The notes below the pieces were generated by a model that saw only the letters and a program-made list of their open reading frames with translations, made no database searches and was not told where the DNA came from. Below are positions 19,650 through 29,699 of a stretch of DNA of 64,000 bases, piece after piece. The position numbers were made by a program, and so were the translations under genes. The number at the start of each line of letters is the position of its first letter. Within the stretch, counting starts at the first letter, position 1. Source of the stretch: Bacilli bacterium (GTDB lineage: Bacteria > Bacillota_I > Bacilli_A > RFN20 > CAG-826); NCBI GenBank assembly GCA_045598525.1, contig JAZLMH010000028.1, positions 14,725 to 78,724 on the forward strand, in the 5' to 3' direction.

Positions 19650-21554
19650 ATGAAAAAGTTTCTCAAAACATTAACAATACTTGCCTTCCCTTTTATGATC
19701 GCTAGCTGCGCTAACGAAGGCGGAAACAGCAGTCCTGCTGATGAATCAAAACCAACATCTTCAATAACCTCGATTGCTGGTTCTTCTGCCCCAAGTGTTC
19801 AGTCAAGCCCAACTCATGTCCATAAATGGGACACTACCTGGTCTACTAACGGCACCCAGCATTATCACGCTTGCGCTGAATGTAATGAAAAGAATGATGC
19901 CGCTAACCACGAATGGGGCGAATGGAAGACTCAGAACTTAGGTACAAAGATTGACGATGCACGTTTCAATAACTCAAGCGTCAAATTTAGAGAATGCACA
20001 ACCTGCCATTACGAAGAGATTGATTCATCATTCGCAATGCTTCCAGAGATCAGATTCACATTCGATCCAACCGATCCAAACGCTAACTTCGCTACGGCTG
20101 CAAGAAGTACAGATGTCACTAGACCAAACGTTTCTGGAACCATCAGCATCACCAATGCTGGCGAATATAACACCACAGATCCTCTTGATGCCACAATGAA
20201 GGTCAGAGGAAACCAAACCGCTGGCTTCGACAAGAAGGGCTTACAGATCAAATTTGAAAAGAAACAGTCGATGCTTGGCCTCAATGGCGGTAACAAGTTT
20301 AAGAAGTGGGTCCTCTTAGCAGACGCTAAAGACACAACCATTTCAAGAACCGCTTTAGGTCTTACCATGTGTAAAGGCGTCGTCGCAGCAGACTCCAAAG
20401 TCTGGTACTCAGATTTCACACCTGTATCTGTCTATCTCAATAACACCTACTGGGGCATGTACATGCTTGCCGAACAAAAGGAAGTCAAGGATGGCAGAAT
20501 CAAACTCGCTGAGCCAGGAGAAGATACCTCAACAGAAATCGGATACAACTTCGAGCTTGACTACTACGCTAAGGACGAACCAGCCAAAGGCGCTGACGGT
20601 GATCCAACCTTCTCCATCAGCTATGGCAATTATTTCACAAAAAATAGCTTCAATATTGAAAACTGCTTAGCTAACTCAGGTTTAGGCGTTGTCACTACCT
20701 ACACCATGAACTCCGAAATCACAGATAGCACAGCTGGCGAAAACGCTCAGATCAATGATACCAACAGCCAGCAAATGAGCTTCATGAAAAATAGACTCCA
20801 GGCTTTATTCGGTGTTTTGGCTGAAGGTTCAAAGAATAGAGTTGCCAAAGACATTAACGCAAGCAACCAAGTTGTTAATGCCGCCAGTGGAACTACCGTT
20901 AGACAAGCCATCGAAAAGCACTTTGACCTCAATACTTGGGCAGAAGGCTTCATCATCAACGCAGTCTGCTTACCACCAGATGTAGGTTACTCTTCCTTCT
21001 ATTTGTCCTTTGACAACACTCCTACTGGAGACAAGAAGTTAAGATTCGACGTTCCATGGGATTTTGATAGCAACTTCGGTAACAGAAGAAACTTCATCGA
21101 AAAACCAGACGTTGCAAGCACAGGCAGTGGTTGGGGAGCACAATCCTATGACCCATATTTCATGGACAGAACCGCTAATATGTGGCTCCAGTTCTTAGGC
21201 AAGATGGATTGGTTCATGAACGACTATGTCAAACCAAAATGGAATGCCGCTAGAAACAACAACACCTTCGAGAACATGATCAGCTTAGCTAATACTTTCT
21301 ATAAGTATTACGATGGCGAATATGTTAAGAACTTCACCAAGTGGACAACCACCCAGGCCTCTGATAGCAATGTCAGCAGCTACTTCAATGGTGACGGTGT
21401 CAATAGTGGTGAGCTCAGAAAACCATTCGTCAACGTTAACGAACGCAAAGACGCACAGAAAGAAACCATCAACTGGTTGGCTAAACGTGTCAATTATCTC
21501 GAGAACAGATGGGTTTCAAATAGCACAAGAACTCCTCTTGCAACCATCAAATAA
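19650..21554 (+). CDS. CotH-kinase-family lipoprotein
   Basis: RBS AAGGAG; lipobox MIASC; His/Cys-rich segment; 'KVRGN', 'KKWVLLA', 'YWGMYMLAEQ', 'PWDFD'. Confidence 0.75.
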   Translation: MKKFLKTLTILAFPFMIASCANEGGNSSPADESKPTSSITSIAGSSAPSVQSSPTHVHKWDTTWSTNGTQHYHACAECNEKNDAANHEWGEWKTQNLGTKIDDARFNNSSVKFRECTTCHYEEIDSSFAMLPEIRFTFDPTDPNANFATAARSTDVTRPNVSGTISITNAGEYNTTDPLDATMKVRGNQTAGFDKKGLQIKFEKKQSMLGLNGGNKFKKWVLLADAKDTTISRTALGLTMCKGVVAADSKVWYSDFTPVSVYLNNTYWGMYMLAEQKEVKDGRIKLAEPGEDTSTEIGYNFELDYYAKDEPAKGADGDPTFSISYGNYFTKNSFNIENCLANSGLGVVTTYTMNSEITDSTAGENAQINDTNSQQMSFMKNRLQALFGVLAEGSKNRVAKDINASNQVVNAASGTTVRQAIEKHFDLNTWAEGFIINAVCLPPDVGYSSFYLSFDNTPTGDKKLRFDVPWDFDSNFGNRRNFIEKPDVASTGSGWGAQSYDPYFMDRTANMWLQFLGKMDWFMNDYVKPKWNAARNNNTFENMISLANTFYKYYDGEYVKNFTKWTTTQASDSNVSSYFNGDGVNSGELRKPFVNVNERKDAQKETINWLAKRVNYLENRWVSNSTRTPLATIK

Positions 21555-21570
21555 TCTCGACAAATAAATA

Positions 21571-21636
21571 ATTAAAACCCCCTCGTCCTGAAATGTACCC
21601 CTAATCCTGGACAAATCTAGGAAAGGGGGTTTTAAT
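21571..21636. terminator. Bidirectional terminator hairpin with an IS3-end-like sequence in the loop
   Basis: attaaaaccccct...agggggttttaat between convergent genes. Confidence 0.6.
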
Positions 21637-21660
21637 ACTAACGACGCCAGTTGAATAAGT

Positions 21661-21936
21661 TTATTTCTTCGTTATGATGTCTTTTTGCATATCCTTACTC
21701 GCTTTTAAATAACCAGCAAGCACAGATTCGTAATATTTCTTATACTCTTCGTTCTTGATCTTCTTTAGATTCTTTTCAAGCATCAACGCCTCTCTAGAAG
21801 AATCGGCAATCTGCATGTTATTTTCTAATTTATAGGCAACAACATTCTTAACGACATCCATTCTCTTTTCGAATAGTTCGATGATCTTGTTATCAATCTC
21901 ATCGATCTTGTTTCTGCATTCAATAAGCTTGTCCAT
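21661..21936 (-). CDS. Chorismate mutase (AroQ type II, stand-alone)
   Basis: 'CRNKIDEIDNKIIELFEKRM', 'YKLENN', 'DSSRE', 'SKDMQ'. Confidence 0.88.
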   Translation of the reverse strand: MDKLIECRNKIDEIDNKIIELFEKRMDVVKNVVAYKLENNMQIADSSREALMLEKNLKKIKNEEYKKYYESVLAGYLKASKDMQKDIITKK

Positions 21937-21953
21937 AACAAAATTCTCCGAAA

Positions 21954-23426
21954 TTACATGAGGATGGATCCTAATGGGTATCCAATAACTAAAGCAATGA
22001 CCACGCTGATAACCATAAGAAGTGACCCATATATCAATACATCTTTAGTGTCGCAGTAATCACTTCCCGCGACAATTGCGATATGAGGCATAGAAGGAGG
22101 GGTGGCAAACGCAAATGATGCAAGCATGCCAATAATACTAGCAACAGCAGGAACGCTTAATGTTGATGAAGTTGCGATAAGGATGGATGCTGCAACGGTG
22201 CTAACCAATGTCGCAGTGACCATATTAGAAGAAAGGTTGGTCTGTAATGCTGCCCAGAAGGCAAAGATGATAAGAAGGGCGATAGCAGGCAATGATGATA
22301 ATGAAGAGCTTAAGTTGTTCTGAAGGAAGGCTTTGATACCGATTGCGTTATCAGTTAAAGCCGCACCAAGAACAAGAGTTGCTGCGCACATCATAAGAGC
22401 AGTCCAAGGAACGCCATTCTTAAACGCGTCATCAAGGGTGATGATAGGTTTGCCATCAAATTTGATGATGCATAAGAGAAGAACTCCTAAGATTGGAGGC
22501 ATAGCCGTGCCGTATTTGTTAATTGCATCATAGAATTCTGGAGCGCCATCTTTGAAGAAAGAAGGAACGATCCAAAGAAGAATGACAAAGGCGAAGATTG
22601 AAAGAATCGCTATTTCTTTCTTTGTGATTTTTGAACTTTGTTCTGTCTCATTACTAACGCTTACGGAATCCTTTGATAAGGTAGATGTATCAACATTGCT
22701 TAATTTAGAAACGTCAGGTCTAACGATGAATCTGAAAGCAAGAAGCATCAAAACGAATGTAATCAAGCCAACAGGGATAGCCATGCCCATATAGGCAAGA
22801 GGAGAAACATTAACATTTGCGGCGTTCATTGCAAGAACTGGGAAAACGTGAGCGATAGGGGTCATGCCACTAGAAATGGATACGGTAAACCCTAAGCCCA
22901 TCATAAGGACCTTTGCAACCTTATCGTCTTTTTCAATGCCAGCGATTGCAAACACTTCATTAAGAATTGGAAAGATGATAACGAAGAGAACGCTTGGAGA
23001 AATAAATAAGCCAAGGACAAGAACCGCTAGTAAGAATAGTGCGATAAACCAGTTTCCGCTCTTTTTCGCTAGTTTGGTAGAAATAAACCATATAGCGACC
23101 CTTCTAATAAGCGAGGTCTTTGATAAGGCATATGTGCAGATAAACGTAAACAATAAGAAAATGAATGTCGCATTACCAAAAGACTTAGATAATGCGGAAT
23201 TAAATCCAATATTTTCTAAGAACGCTAGAGCGAAGATACAAAGAAGAGATGGCCAATCGATGCCGATCGTGAGCCATAAGATAAGTGATCCAATGAATAT
23301 GGAAATAACGCCCATCGCATCGCTTGATAAACCTTCTGGCCCTGGAATGAATCTTCCAAAAAAGCACAAGGCAATGCAGATAGGGATAATGATCAATCTA
23401 TATATTTTGTTATCCTTCAATTTCAT
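21954..23426 (-). CDS. SLC13/DASS-family anion:Na+ symporter
   Basis: About 13 hydrophobic segments; 'GMTPIAH', 'TNLSSN', 'AFATPPSMP'; ATGA overlap with the upstream U32 gene. Confidence 0.8.
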   Translation of the reverse strand: MKLKDNKIYRLIIIPICIALCFFGRFIPGPEGLSSDAMGVISIFIGSLILWLTIGIDWPSLLCIFALAFLENIGFNSALSKSFGNATFIFLLFTFICTYALSKTSLIRRVAIWFISTKLAKKSGNWFIALFLLAVLVLGLFISPSVLFVIIFPILNEVFAIAGIEKDDKVAKVLMMGLGFTVSISSGMTPIAHVFPVLAMNAANVNVSPLAYMGMAIPVGLITFVLMLLAFRFIVRPDVSKLSNVDTSTLSKDSVSVSNETEQSSKITKKEIAILSIFAFVILLWIVPSFFKDGAPEFYDAINKYGTAMPPILGVLLLCIIKFDGKPIITLDDAFKNGVPWTALMMCAATLVLGAALTDNAIGIKAFLQNNLSSSLSSLPAIALLIIFAFWAALQTNLSSNMVTATLVSTVAASILIATSSTLSVPAVASIIGMLASFAFATPPSMPHIAIVAGSDYCDTKDVLIYGSLLMVISVVIALVIGYPLGSILM

Positions 23427-24643
23427 TTTGCTACTTTCCTTCTTAATATATCGTTCTTCTTTAATGGGATATCTGTTTCGATGGTGAAGTGGTCATTGAT
23501 TTTGTTTATGACCTCAACGGCATCGCCATTTTTATCTTTGACCTTATCGACAACGAACGTTTCGTTGAAATGTTCGCTTGGGGATAAGACTTCAAGAGTC
23601 TCGCCTTTGAAGAATCTGTTTCTGACGCGCACAAGAGCTTTGCCATCTTTTGAATCTTCGAGAACAATCGCGATGAACTCATAATCCTGTGTGTACTGCG
23701 ATGATTCGATATAAGTCTTCTTATCGTCCCCGAAGTAGAATCCTGTGGTGAATGGCCTATGGCTTGTCTTCTCTAATTCGGCAACATAATCGAATGGAGC
23801 AGGGGAAGAAGATAAATATGCATCGATCGCTCTTCTATAAGCGTTAACGACTGTCGCAACATAATAAGAAGACTTCATTCTGCCTTCGATCTTAAATGAA
23901 GAGATGCCTGCTTCAACAAGCTCACCGATATGATCGGCTAAGCACATGTCTTTGCTATTGAGGATATATGTTCCTCTCTCGTCTTCTTCGATTGGGTAAT
24001 ATCCAGGAACGTTATTTCTTGTATCTAATGAATGAAGGGCAAAGTTCCATCTGCATGGTTGAATGCATTCGCCTTTGTTCGAATCTCTTCCGACGAAGTA
24101 ATTTGATAACTGGCATCTTCCTGAATAGGAGATGCACATTGCCCCATGGCAGAAGCATTCGATATCAATATCTTCACCGACGGCGTCTTTAATTTCTCTA
24201 ATCTCGTTAACTGATAATTCTCTTGCTAAAACAAGGCGTTTCGCACCTAAAGCCACCCACACTAAAGCGGATTCTTTGTTTGTGATATTTGCCTGAGTTG
24301 ATACATGGAGTTCTAGTGAAGTGTGTTTTTTCACCAATGAAGCAACGCCTAAATCAGAAACGATAACCGCATCAACCCCAATGGAATCAAGTTCCTTCAA
24401 ATAGATAAGCACCCCATCCATATCCTCGTTATGAGCAAGGATATTGACTGTGACGTATAACTTAACCCCGTTTTCGTGGCATAAAGAAACGGCTTCCTTG
24501 ATGCCGTCGATATCAAAGTTCGTGCCATACGCTCTAAGACCAAACTTCTTTCCGCCAAGATAAACTGCGTCAGCTTTGAAATAAATCGCGGTCAATAAAC
24601 TTTCTTTGTCGCCAACAGGGGCTAATAACTCTAATTTCTTCAC
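23423..24643 (-). CDS. U32-family protein, TrhP/YegQ-like (tRNA hydroxylation)
   Basis: 'ELLAPVG', 'HVSTQ', 'HGAMCISYSGRC', 'CIQPCR', 'KIEGRMKS'; short form with U32 C-terminal domain; GTG start 24643 inferred. Confidence 0.85.
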   Translation of the reverse strand: MKKLELLAPVGDKESLLTAIYFKADAVYLGGKKFGLRAYGTNFDIDGIKEAVSLCHENGVKLYVTVNILAHNEDMDGVLIYLKELDSIGVDAVIVSDLGVASLVKKHTSLELHVSTQANITNKESALVWVALGAKRLVLARELSVNEIREIKDAVGEDIDIECFCHGAMCISYSGRCQLSNYFVGRDSNKGECIQPCRWNFALHSLDTRNNVPGYYPIEEDERGTYILNSKDMCLADHIGELVEAGISSFKIEGRMKSSYYVATVVNAYRRAIDAYLSSSPAPFDYVAELEKTSHRPFTTGFYFGDDKKTYIESSQYTQDYEFIAIVLEDSKDGKALVRVRNRFFKGETLEVLSPSEHFNETFVVDKVKDKNGDAVEVINKINDHFTIETDIPLKKNDILRRKVAK

Positions 24644-24693
24644 GCTTAATATAATACCCATAAATGAACTTAAATGATAATATAACTAAAGTT

Positions 24694-26937
24694 ATGAGTG
24701 AGTTATTGTCCCCAGCAGGAAACCTTGAATCCTTCTATCTAGCAATCAAGAACGGCGCTGATGCCATATATTTGGGGTTAGATAAATTTAGCGCAAGAGC
24801 ATACGCTTCTAATTTCAGCATCGACTCACTCAAAGATTTAGTGACATATGCTCATCTTAGAAACGTCAAAATATATGTCACGATAAACACGATCATCTAT
24901 GGCCATGAACTTCCTGAAGTCTATAAGACCATCGATGAACTTGCCTCAATCTATGTTGACGGCATAATTGCCCAAGATCTTGCGGTCATTAATTACATAA
25001 CAAACACATATAGATCCATATACGCTCACGCATCAACCCAACTTGGCATTGATGACATATATGGAGCAGAGCTTTGCAAAGACTTAACCGTAAATCGTGT
25101 GGTTTTTGCTAGGGAAACCAGCTTAGAAACGATGAAGAACATCAAAGATAAGCTTGGTATTGAAGTGGAAGCTTTCATCCATGGAGCCTTATGCGTCTCA
25201 TATTCAGGCAACTGCTTTATGTCGAGTGCAATCGGCGAAAGAAGCGGTAACCGCGGAAGATGCGCTGGATGCTGCAGAAAGCTTTATACTCTTGTAGACA
25301 CAAAAACAAAAGAAGAAATAAAAACAGGATACCTTCTTTCGATGAAGGATCTTAATGTATCAAGTAGCCTCAAAGACTTCTCTTTCGTTGATTCCCTTAA
25401 GATCGAAGGAAGAATGAAAGAGCCTTTCTATGTCGGAAGCGTGACTAAATACTATAGAGACGTCCTTGATAAGAAATACCCAGATAGGGACACTCTGAAT
25501 AAAGTGTTCAACCGCACATACACAAAAGGCTATATCCTTGGTGAAGATAAAGAAAATATCACAAACATCGATAGACCAAACAACTTCGGCTTTCCAATCG
25601 GTAAGGTGGAACGTGCTTTCAAAAACAAAATAATGATTAGATTATCTTCGCCTCTTAACAAAGGCGATCAGATTAGAATCGAATCAAAGAACCCAGGAGA
25701 AGAAATCTCGCTCGCGGTAACCAGGCTCTTCGACGCCTCTTTTAATGTCGTTGAATCATCAAAGAGATTGTGCGTCGTCGATTGCAATAAATGGGTCGAG
25801 ATAGGCGCTAACGTATATAAAACCAAAGACAGTGAATTCGTAACTAGAGCAGAAAAAGAATTAGAGCAAAACGAGAAGAAACTCGAGATCGATGTAAGAT
25901 TCGTCGCGAAATTAAATGAAAAGATGTCACTTCGCCTTAGATATAAGAAACATGAAGTTACAGTTTCATCTAACTACGTCGTCACTAAAGCAACAAACAA
26001 GGCGACCACCAAAGAAAACGTATATAACCAGCTTAATAGAATTAACGACACCCCATATAAGATCGGTAATATCAGAATCGAACTTGATGAGAACGTTTTC
26101 CTTCCCGTCTCTTCAATCAACGACATGAGAAGAGAAGCAATAGAGAAACTCAATGAAGCAAGACTCGACAATGAAGTCATATATAACGACTCGCCAGATA
26201 GAATCATTCCTAAGAAGCATGAGCTAATAACTCCGGAAATAACTGTAGAAGTTAATAACGAGGTTCAATACGAAGCCGCTAAAGAATGCGGAATCAAACA
26301 TATATACTTCAAAAATAAGATTAGAAGAAACCACGATACATATAAAAAACTAGATGGAGAAGTCCTTGTCGGAGGTTTAGGCGGAGTTAAGTACTATAAG
26401 GGCACAAACACTCTAGTTAGTGATGCATCTCTTAATGTCGTTAACCATAAAACCGCGGCAATCCTTTCATCTTTAGGCGTGGAAAGAATCACCCTTTCAG
26501 AAGAAATCAACAAATCATCAATCAACGCTCTTGTTGATAACTATTTCGAAGAATATGGAACATATCCAAATCTTGAGCTAATCGTATATGGAAGAAGCAA
26601 GATCATGCATTCTCTTTATTGTCCGCTTAAGCGTTTAGGGATGTGTGGCAAATGCAAACAAAGCAATTTTGCCTTAAAAGATGAATACGCTTCATTCCCA
26701 CTCCAGTTCAATGAAGACTGCACAATCAACCTTCTTAACTCAAAGATCACCAACATCATGGATAATCTTGATGACATAAGGGGAGTGAACTATTTCCGTT
26801 TAGTGTTCACAACCGAAGACAAAGAAACAGTAAGAAACGTCATAGAATCATTTAAAGAGAAACTTGAAGGAAGCACCGAAAGACTCTTTAACGAAGAAAC
26901 AGACACTAGAGGCCATTTCTTTAAGAACCCTTTATAA
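24694..26937 (+). CDS. U32-family protein, long RlhA/YdcP-like form with DUF3656 (23S rRNA hydroxylation)
   Basis: 'ELLSPAG', 'HASTQ', 'HGALCVSYSGNC', 'SGNRGRCAGCCR', 'KIEGRMK', 'PVSSINDMRR'; ATG 24694. Confidence 0.85.
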   Translation: MSELLSPAGNLESFYLAIKNGADAIYLGLDKFSARAYASNFSIDSLKDLVTYAHLRNVKIYVTINTIIYGHELPEVYKTIDELASIYVDGIIAQDLAVINYITNTYRSIYAHASTQLGIDDIYGAELCKDLTVNRVVFARETSLETMKNIKDKLGIEVEAFIHGALCVSYSGNCFMSSAIGERSGNRGRCAGCCRKLYTLVDTKTKEEIKTGYLLSMKDLNVSSSLKDFSFVDSLKIEGRMKEPFYVGSVTKYYRDVLDKKYPDRDTLNKVFNRTYTKGYILGEDKENITNIDRPNNFGFPIGKVERAFKNKIMIRLSSPLNKGDQIRIESKNPGEEISLAVTRLFDASFNVVESSKRLCVVDCNKWVEIGANVYKTKDSEFVTRAEKELEQNEKKLEIDVRFVAKLNEKMSLRLRYKKHEVTVSSNYVVTKATNKATTKENVYNQLNRINDTPYKIGNIRIELDENVFLPVSSINDMRREAIEKLNEARLDNEVIYNDSPDRIIPKKHELITPEITVEVNNEVQYEAAKECGIKHIYFKNKIRRNHDTYKKLDGEVLVGGLGGVKYYKGTNTLVSDASLNVVNHKTAAILSSLGVERITLSEEINKSSINALVDNYFEEYGTYPNLELIVYGRSKIMHSLYCPLKRLGMCGKCKQSNFALKDEYASFPLQFNEDCTINLLNSKITNIMDNLDDIRGVNYFRLVFTTEDKETVRNVIESFKEKLEGSTERLFNEETDTRGHFFKNPL

Positions 26938-27198
26938 CCAATAGGCGTTTTAATTAAAACATAAAATCAAAATCGTGGTTTCAAAGCAATAATCTGAACT
27001 GTCGCTTGGTTTTTCTAGCACACCTTATCAAGCCTTCAGTCCCAAAATATAATCAAACGCGTAGACGAAAAGAAATACGGGCATTGGGAAACAATAGACA
27101 CATATGCTTAAGAGGAGATAGTCCACACTCTTTTCTGACTCATTTTTTGTTATCGTTATTCGACTAGGCAAGTTATTCTAATAATAGGAAAAAAAGGA

Positions 27199-27618
27199 AT
27201 GATGATTATGGATGAAAGATTAATTAGTGATATTTGTGCTAGCTATTCCGTTCCATCGATATATATTTGTGAGCTTTTAGCAGAAAAAGATGGAATCGCT
27301 GATAATATGACTCCCGAAGAAATTGATGCGTTTGGGAAGAAATGCCACGCAATCGGAGAAGAGATTATCTCTAACGTCTATAGCCTCTGCGCAATGGATA
27401 ATTTTGATCAAGACGATTATTACGGAGCAAAGATGGCTGTCTTAGACAAAAGAAAACTATGTGCTTACTTCGTAAATAATGACAGCGAAACAGTAAAGAA
27501 AGATTTTAAGAAATACCAAGAGTCATATGATGGAAAATACGCTCTTGAGCATTTCTTCATGAGTATCGACGATGCGCTTGATGAAAAAAGCTTCGCCCAG
27601 TATTCTCCTTGGTATTAA
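27199..27618 (+). CDS. Hypothetical acidic protein
   Basis: 139-aa ORF with a purine-rich upstream region and a downstream terminator. Confidence 0.6.
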   Translation: MMIMDERLISDICASYSVPSIYICELLAEKDGIADNMTPEEIDAFGKKCHAIGEEIISNVYSLCAMDNFDQDDYYGAKMAVLDKRKLCAYFVNNDSETVKKDFKKYQESYDGKYALEHFFMSIDDALDEKSFAQYSPWY

Positions 27619-27701
27619 TAGAAAGAAATGAAAAGCGCCCCAATAAAAACAATCGGGGTGTTTTTTTTGATATAAACATCTAGTGATGGTATATTAGAAA
27701 C

Positions 27702-29090
27702 ATGAAAAAACGTTCGTTTGTCATTCTTTCTTTAACGCTCTTCTCGCTTTGCTCATGCGGAAAAGAATCTTCCGAGAGTGTTTTAAGTAGCAGTGAAACA
27801 ACAGAAGAACCGATAACAAACAAAACTTTATTAGATAAAAAAGCAAAAGAATTCCAGAATCTTGCAGATCACTGCGTTTACGATTTCGACCCAACCTCGG
27901 TTGAAATGTCAAAAAGAACAAACCCTGATGGAAGCGAATTGACCGCAAACGATATTAGAGAACTCACGAAATCAATTAAAAGCATAGACGAAACAAGAAC
28001 AAAAGAAGGCAAAGAAATCCATGTTTGCTATAGTTTTGAAGGCGTTTATGCGGAAGGTTTTAATGGAGACTACGCAATTCATAAAGCAAAGGCCGTGCTT
28101 TATGAAGATGGCTTATCTTTCTTTGAAAGAAATGGCGTCACAAGCGGTGGAGTCTGGTGGAAAGAATCTGACACAGTCCATATAAGCACAACAAGAAGTG
28201 GCAAAATAATTGAAACAGAATCACGCGAGATTGACGGCGAGTTATATCTGCCTATTCCTAACATCAACCCTTATAACGACTCACTAAGAACTATTGATGT
28301 AAGAGGCGGTTACTATTACCCAGTGATCGGCATCTTCATCGAAGACATAAGATTACAAAAAGAAGTTTCGGCCGATGATGTTTTCTATAAGACTCCAATA
28401 GGCGAAGAATGCCCAGTATATGTAATAGATAAAAGCCTCAATTATTATCCTATCAACAGCTTTGATGACAAACTTAAATTCCTTCATCTTCCAGAATGGA
28501 ATTACCCTCATGATGATGAATACGTAGCAGAATATAAAGGCATGACCGCAATATATAACGTCAAGGTTCTTCCTTCGAAAAGGAACTATAGTCTTAACTC
28601 AACCGAATTAACGGGTAAGACATTCCCTTTATATACGTTTGATTATCTTAAATACATAGAAGCATCAAGCGCCGACGATGTAGCGTTTAACTACAAAATC
28701 AAAGGCAATGAGCTTCATACGTATTTGAATCCAAAAACAGATGAACTTACAACCTTCCTTCCTAATGGAAGGCTAGAAAGAACAAACATCAGCTTCAACT
28801 ATAGCGAAGAAGACAATCATTTTGATGTAATTTATAAAGGCAACGAATTTGGTTTCACTTTCAAATCCCAAGATTCCCTGGAAATAAGCTTAGGAGATAA
28901 AAAAGAGACCCTCAAAATCGGGCTATCTCACGAATTTAAAAATTATCTTCCATATGTCACTATAACCGATCATGATCATAACCACGAAGGATGCTTAATG
29001 GATCAGCTCCCTGAATCATTAGATCTTTATAATTCTAGGGGCGTATTAGCTGCGGTGATTAAGAGCAGCGACAATCAAGTAAAGCATTAA
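27702..29090 (+). CDS. Hypothetical lipoprotein
   Basis: Lipobox LCSC, Ser/Glu linker; extended -10 lies 6 nt upstream of ATG. Confidence 0.7.
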   Translation: MKKRSFVILSLTLFSLCSCGKESSESVLSSSETTEEPITNKTLLDKKAKEFQNLADHCVYDFDPTSVEMSKRTNPDGSELTANDIRELTKSIKSIDETRTKEGKEIHVCYSFEGVYAEGFNGDYAIHKAKAVLYEDGLSFFERNGVTSGGVWWKESDTVHISTTRSGKIIETESREIDGELYLPIPNINPYNDSLRTIDVRGGYYYPVIGIFIEDIRLQKEVSADDVFYKTPIGEECPVYVIDKSLNYYPINSFDDKLKFLHLPEWNYPHDDEYVAEYKGMTAIYNVKVLPSKRNYSLNSTELTGKTFPLYTFDYLKYIEASSADDVAFNYKIKGNELHTYLNPKTDELTTFLPNGRLERTNISFNYSEEDNHFDVIYKGNEFGFTFKSQDSLEISLGDKKETLKIGLSHEFKNYLPYVTITDHDHNHEGCLMDQLPESLDLYNSRGVLAAVIKSSDNQVKH

Positions 29091-29123
29091 CAAAAAGACC
29101 GGATTCGATGTCCGGTCATTATA

Positions 29124-29531
29124 TTAGCCAACAATTTCTCTTGCGAACTTTTTGATCTTCTCAAGATCTTCTTTGTTTGGTCTGCCCTTATTCATAGGCC
29201 CAAACGATCCTTTACAAGCGAAGTTCTTTTCATCAAGAAGAACACCGTTCTTTTCGCAAGCTTTCTTAACGCCTGCATATGTTGATTTCAAAATCGCGGC
29301 AGTGGAGAAGTTAACGACCTTGCCAATCTTATCCTTGTTGTCTTTGATATATTTCTTAACCTCGCCAACAAGATGAGCGGCATATACAGAACTACCTAAG
29401 AACAAAATATCAACCTTCTCTTCTAAAGGAGCGTCAATTGATTTAGCTTCAATGTTTAATTCTTCCGCAATCGCGTCTGCTAATTTCTTAGTGTTGCCAC
29501 CCTTTGTGTAATATCTAATAGCAATATTCAT
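29124..29531 (-). CDS. Flavodoxin-like protein
   Basis: 'YYTKGGNTKKLADAIA', 'LFLGSSVY', 'GRPNKEDL'. Confidence 0.85.
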   Translation of the reverse strand: MNIAIRYYTKGGNTKKLADAIAEELNIEAKSIDAPLEEKVDILFLGSSVYAAHLVGEVKKYIKDNKDKIGKVVNFSTAAILKSTYAGVKKACEKNGVLLDEKNFACKGSFGPMNKGRPNKEDLEKIKKFAREIVG

Positions 29532-29699
29532 ATTTAAATATCTCTTTTCGTTACTTAAATTATCTATGTCAAAAATTGCTACTTCAAGTACAAATAAGAG
29601 ATACATGGCTCTAAATATTCAGCGTCTGATAACGTTTATTTCGTTGCTAAGTTATAAAACTGCAAGAACTTGCAAAAATTTTAGTTAGGCGGTCTAAAT

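Noticed and set aside
27040-27150. 'KYGHWETID' resembling an IS30 transposase motif, plus an IS-end-like tract
   Set aside because: Too short to support; no extended ORF
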